A stretch of 64,000 bases of DNA from contig JBNGIO010006303.1 in assembly GCA_049999805.1 (NCBI GenBank), positions 139,775 to 203,774 on the forward strand, read 5' to 3'. Position 1 is the stretch's first letter; each line of letters begins with the position of its first letter. The notes under the pieces were generated by a model. It was not told the origin of the DNA and did no database searches. It was given only the letters and a program-made list of their open reading frames with translations. Position numbers and translations under genes: made by a program. This document shows, piece after piece, positions 58,734 through 64,000 of this stretch. Source of the stretch: Folioceros fuciformis (taxonomy: Eukaryota).

Positions 58734-60953
58734 TTATTGTCCAGATCCGGGGTTTAGGGGACCCTTTTGATCAGGAATGGGTTGCTGATACCACTCATTT
58801 TCGTTCCGCGTGAGGAAGTACGCATCTGTACAGGCGAAGCACGGCTGTTACAACCGAGAAAGCAGCGAGGAGCGAGCCAAATGTCGGGTGGATGCAGAAT
58901 AGTGAAAACCTGATATGAATACTTCGCTGTACTGATCCTCGTCATACAGAAACTGAGGAGCTTCGGGGTCCCCGACGCCAACAATGGTGCTGCCACTGCA
59001 TGCCATGGCAAATGCTTGTAAAACAACTTGTCCGTCCATCTCCTGGCCAAAATGTTTGGTGAGCATTTCTGCTTACCTTCCAGACATGAAGATGGCCTTG
59101 TACCGGCCACGACTGGCTGCAGAGATGCGGTCTTTCAAGAGTTTCAGAGACGGTAGCACCTCGAATGCGGGGGGCTCTGTGGAGTGCAGAGGTAGTTAAG
59201 TTCAGGCTTGCACTCATCGTACGTAGAATGACAGGAGGAGAAAGGTGGAATGGTGCTAACCAAGATCGTTTATGCATACCCTTTGAGATATGCCATTTTT
59301 TGCGATGTCGTTTAGTAGTTCCTCCGGGTCCACTGAACTTGCTCTCTCTAACGTGAATTTCTGCAGACGTTAGTAGTTAGCTTTGGGAAACAGCTTTCTG
59401 GGACTTTCTTGTGTCTTGATACGAGTGAAAGGCAGGGTGGAGCTGACCTTATACACCTCCGCAGTAGCACACTCCTCCTTGGGTTTTATCAAAACCATGG
59501 GCGTATCCAAAGGTATGGGTGGGGGGATGTCCGTAACCACCTGTCCAACATACACAGACAGATTATTCAGATACGACATTCTGCTTACAATCAGCAAAGA
59601 CCAGGAAAACGGAGCCTCACCTCGCCTCGACTGGTGCAGTAGGCTGCGCCTTTAGAGAAGAAGAAGGGGACATCGGATCCGATTTCTCCGGACCATTCTT
59701 GAAGCTCCTTCTCAGAGACGATGTTTCCGTTCAGCTGGTTTGCTGCCCACAAGGCTGTTGCAGCATTACCACTGCCACCTCCCAGCCCTGCACCTGTGGG
59801 CACCCTTTTGTCCAAATGGGTCTGCAGTACAGAAAGAGCGTTTACCCAAGCATTCCAGACATGTCGCTGCCCTACGAATTCCCAAAGGTGAGGTCACCAA
59901 AACCCCATACCCAAAAAAACTTGTTCGAGCCAGTCTTTTTCCGGTACAGATTGAAAGCCTTGATGACCTACATCGAAACACGCAAGAAAACAACGGTTAA
60001 AGGACAAAGGTGTGAGTAGGCCGAGGTCCTAAAGGAGCGGGTGCAAACACAACTCACCAGATTCTTCTCATCCAGTGGAACCCCGAAGGCGTTGGTTGTC
60101 AGGGAATCCTTGGTGGTGGAAGGAGAAATCGAAAATTTGATGATGTCACCCAAGCTGATCACCTGTCCACGAATGAACACACCGCCTCTGTAACACCTCA
60201 CTCTTCAGCTGCAACCTTCTGCTAGTCCGGAACAGGAAACGGCAGAGTACACCTACGTGGAACAAGGACGCGAGATCATGGTACCCATCCGGCCTCTTCT
60301 GCGTTATCCTCAAGAAGACGTTGATCTGCAAGAAAGACCCCCCGAGGGCTTCAGAACCGATCTACCAGAACCCGCATACCCTTGGAGAACCCAAAACCCG
60401 CAAACAGCGGACCTTGGAGGGAGAGAAGAGCGTGAGTTGATTTAATGTCCTGCTTCCCGGACCCCCAAGCTCCTCTACGAGCTGATCAAACCGTCCTTGT
60501 GCATCCACCGTAAACTGCACTACACACAAAATTTCCGAGCTGAGCTGAGCTGAGCTACCAACGAGAAAACGCGCACTACACACAAAATTCTGAACTCTGC
60601 TCAGGTCAGCTACCATCAAGGAAAGCAAAGCTGACCGTGTACACATACATCACCACACCACAACGTTCCCTCACCTCCACTTTTCTAGAAGTTGCGGGCT
60701 CCGACGCATTTGCCCTCGCTTGGCCTCTACTGGCGCTCCGCTCAATCCCCGGGCCCGGTCGAATCCTTCGCAATTCTACCAAGGAGAAACTTCTCCCCCA
60801 GCCAGCGCCTGCGCCTGCATCCACTTTAGCTCCAGGAAATGGCAACCTGGCTCTGGTGCAAATCATGCCGGTGGACGAGGAGCATTCGCTTTTGCTTCTG
60901 CTTCTGCACCTGCTCGGCGGCGTGAAGCAGAGGCGAAGAGTACTCGAAGTCAT
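58734..60953 (-). CDS. ISPE: 4-diphosphocytidyl-2-C-methyl-D-erythritol kinase (MEP pathway), plastid-targeted, about 11 exons
   Basis: Ser/Arg-rich transit peptide; LFSPSK|INVFLRITQKRPDGYHDLASLFH, KRVPTGAGLGGGSGNAA, IGSDVPFF, CINDL|EPPAF, FMSGS|GSTIVG; stop TAA at 58734-58736. Confidence 0.97.
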
Positions 60954-62953
60954 GGTGCTCCCGATTCCCGTGACGATCACTCACTCACGCGCAGCTGACC
61001 GCAGTAGACGGGATTGCGTATCTCTAGAGGCGGTTTGGTTTGGGAATTCGATCCCGCCAGTCGCCAGTGGCACGACAGAGAAGTGAGTGTCTTGTCTGTC
61101 TGTAATTGAAAGGAATAAGCGACATCGTCCTGGTCGAGGCATCCAGGCGAGTGCCTGTGAAGAATGTCCCTCTTCCCCGTCTCTCTTATCTCGGGTGGTG
61201 GTTCACCAAGATACCGCTCAGCTCACTTTCGAGTCAAAGCACTACGCGAAGTGTAGTGGCTGGGGCAGCGGGGAAAGTGGGGCATGAGGGCTGGAATGTA
61301 TACGGGATTCGATCCCGAGACCGTCCATTCGGAGTCGGCGACCCAGACCACCCGGCCAAACAAAGTTAAACTTCACATTATAGCGTTGCGGAACCGCGTT
61401 CCTCGCACGCTCAGACAGGAGGTTCATGGAGGCAGTTGGTTGCAGGCAGGCGCCTGTACCGAACTCCAGGGCGGTACCCGCCTTCTCCAACTACCTGGTC
61501 GACTCCTCTCCCGGCTCCTCTACTCCTCGCAACGCTGCAGCGCGCCTCCAATCTTTGCCTCGCCCCCCTCGCCTGCTTCTGCTGTCGCTGTGGCTGCCGG
61601 ATACGTCTCGCAGCGCCCTCGCCCTGACACGCACACGCGGCTGCAACCCGCAGTGCATCGGAACAGCCGCAGTCACGCGAGAGGGAAGCGCGTGCGGGAA
61701 GCTGGCTGTGCCACAGCGCCAGCTTCCAGTCTCTCTCATCTTCTTGCCCGTTGCACTGTCGTCCCCCCGGCNNNNNNNNNNNNNNNNNNNNNNNNNNNNN
61801 NNNNNNNNNNNNNNNNNNNNNNNNNNNNNNNNNNNNNNNNNNNNNNNNNNNNNNNNNNNNNNNNNNNNNNNTCCCCCCGGCGCCCCCGCCCGTCCCCGAT
61901 GCTTGCTTCAATCCTGGCTGCACTTTCTTGATTCTTCGGAGAAGGGAAATGGAGACGTGCGGCAGTACGAGGCTGACGTTGGACTTCCCGGAGGCTGAGG
62001 CCGCGGCGTGGCAATGAGGAAGGCGGGGGTAGGAGCGGGAGCGGAAGGGGGAGCAGGATCAGGATCAGGATCAGGCAGAAGTGCGGAGGAAAGATCCAGG
62101 CTGATGAGAGTCTCATGGCGCAGCGGACCGTAGAGGTTCTTGGAGGAGCTGCGCGATTCCGGACCGGAGGATGTAGCTGCTGCATGTCCGGAGTTTGAGC
62201 TTGCATGCAACCAGGCCTGCGTTCTCGGGAATTTACCATCGATCTGGAGAGGAGGAAGCGAAGGCGGCCCCGGGGGATCGATCGGGCTTAGGCCTGGGAG
62301 AGAGAGTCGGGCCGGCCCAGGCCGGGACCGGGTGCATACGATTTCATCCCGTTGTGGTGGGAGGGAAAGCCAGGCAGGCCTAGAGGGGGCATCGCCAGTA
62401 TGTTCTCCAGAGGGTAAGGCTTGAGCAAATTAGGTCAGGGGAGAGGTCGGCGGATCCTGCCTAGTTAGCTAGGCTAGGCTAGGCTGCTACATTCCATTGA
62501 AAGGCTGCTGCTGCTTCTTCTTCTTGTAGTATGGATGCGGTAGTGGTCAGGCTCTGCTGCTGCTTCCGCTTCCGCTTCTGCTACTGCTACTGCTACTGAA
62601 TTGGTGCTTTGATAGGACTAGGAGTTAGAGAGGATTGTTACTAGTAGGGATGCGTCGTTGGTGGTCGTGTAGTAGTCGTGAATGCATACGGGCTACTGGG
62701 GACGTAATTGTTGATATTGTCCAATCCAGATTCCTCCGAGGTCATGACATGGTGGTGATTGCAATATGTAACTTGTGCTACTACTACTACAGTTTGGTGA
62801 TGTACAGTAACGTTGTCCGTTGGTGCAGTCGTATTAGTGTGTGGAGAGTAGTAGTAGGAGAGGTTGCAATTGGTAAGCTAGCTTCAAGTTGTAACCATGT
62901 GGATTGCCGCAGGACAGGATTGACGGGGTGGGACTGGGATGGGATTGTGAAGG

Positions 62954-63742
62954 AATCTGTTGGGAAGCGGGGGAGGTGGAGAAGGATACGAGGTGGTTGG
63001 GAGTAAGCGGCAGCGGCTGCTGGATCACACGGGCCCGTACCTGCCCATGAGCGCCGCGGCGGCGGCGTCGGTGGCGGGCTACGGCGGGCCGAGCATCGCG
63101 TCGGTGCTACTGGGCCACCCGCGGCCGTTCCCCGTGGTGCGCCTGCGGGGGCTGCCCTTCAACTGCATCGAGAGCGATGTGTTCGAGTTTTTCGCTGGGC
63201 TGGACGTGGTGGACGTGCTGCTGGTGCGGAAGGCGGGCCGCTTCAGCGGTGAGGCCTATGTGGTGTTCGGAGCGCCAATGCAGGTGGACTTCGCGCTGCA
63301 GAAGAACCGCCAGAACATGGGCCGCCGCTACATCGAGGTGTTCCGCAGTAAGAAGCAGGACTACTACATGGCGGTGGCGGCGGAGGTAGCGGAGCCTAAG
63401 GAGGACGACGACTTCCTCATGCCGCCCCATTCCAAGCCCGGCTCCGACAAGGATCATCTGGAGCACACGGGCGTGCTCAAGCTACGGGGCCTGCCCTTCT
63501 CCGCCTCCAAGCGCGACATTATCGACTTCTTCCGCGACTTCAACCTGGCCAACGAGAATGTGCACATTGTGGTGCACGGCGACGGCCGCGCTACCGGCGA
63601 AGCTTACGTCGAGTTTGCCGGGCCCTCCGACTCCAAGGCAGCCATGCGCAAGGATAAGATGACGCTCGGTTCCCGCTACGTCGAGCTGTTCCCTTCGTCC
63701 CGTGAAGAAGCAACCCGTGCTGCCACTAAGTCCTCCAGATGA
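62954..63742 (+). CDS. hnRNP F/H-like RNA-binding protein with two quasi-RRMs; start codon probably in a small upstream exon (not resolved)
   Basis: GYEVVGSKRQR, VVRLRGLPF, FSGEAYVVF, MGRRYIEVF, VLKLRGLPFSA, ATGEAYVEF, LGSRYVELF. Confidence 0.93.
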   Translation, partial: NLLGSGGGGEGYEVVGSKRQRLLDHTGPYLPMSAAAAASVAGYGGPSIASVLLGHPRPFPVVRLRGLPFNCIESDVFEFFAGLDVVDVLLVRKAGRFSGEAYVVFGAPMQVDFALQKNRQNMGRRYIEVFRSKKQDYYMAVAAEVAEPKEDDDFLMPPHSKPGSDKDHLEHTGVLKLRGLPFSASKRDIIDFFRDFNLANENVHIVVHGDGRATGEAYVEFAGPSDSKAAMRKDKMTLGSRYVELFPSSREEATRAATKSSR

Positions 63743-64000
63743 TCACAAAAGCACACTTAAACTTCTTTTTTTTCTTTTAACCAACAAATCACTCAAGGCT
63801 TGGCACCCTGCCTCCCCGCACGCCTTTACCTTACCTGTAATTTCCGCTGGGTTAGGCTCGCTTCCAGGGATGGGGCCTGATATGCTGTAGGATAGGCTAA
63901 CTTGCCGACGTTTATTGTAAAAGTTTGCAACCAATTATATATCTACGTACTACAAAATAAAGTTCTGAACTACGTACTGTACGTTTGTACCTGCTGGCAA

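Overview
Eukaryotic nuclear DNA from a land plant. Short GT-AG introns, tight gene packing and gene content suggest a compact non-seed-plant genome such as a hornwort or lycophyte; this is inference. The draft assembly has eight N-gaps. The window alternates between transposon-rich blocks (about 1-27.3 kb and 41-58.4 kb) and gene-dense islands (27.7-40.2 kb and 58.7-63.8 kb). Host genes: DUF4504/C1orf74-like, a 9-exon CaMK1-like kinase, TAF1A-like, a CUE/coiled-coil protein, an intronless KOBITO1-like glycosyltransferase, ISPE and an hnRNP F/H-like protein, plus DUF247 and aspartic protease pseudogenes. Mobile DNA: two full-length Ty1/copia elements with LTR pairs and target-site duplications, five truncated copia copies, a LINE 3' end, a MITE-like element and several minisatellites. 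The most interesting signal is a copia lineage present as two diverged copies (A, 1689-~7560 +; B, 46101-52285 -). It has non-canonical TA LTR termini and two extra ORFs conserved at the protein level: a CxxC/coiled-coil-like ORF upstream of gag, and a small antisense ORF with a hydrophobic N-terminus between pol and the 3' LTR. All family calls come from motif recognition and by-eye alignment; no database searches were run.
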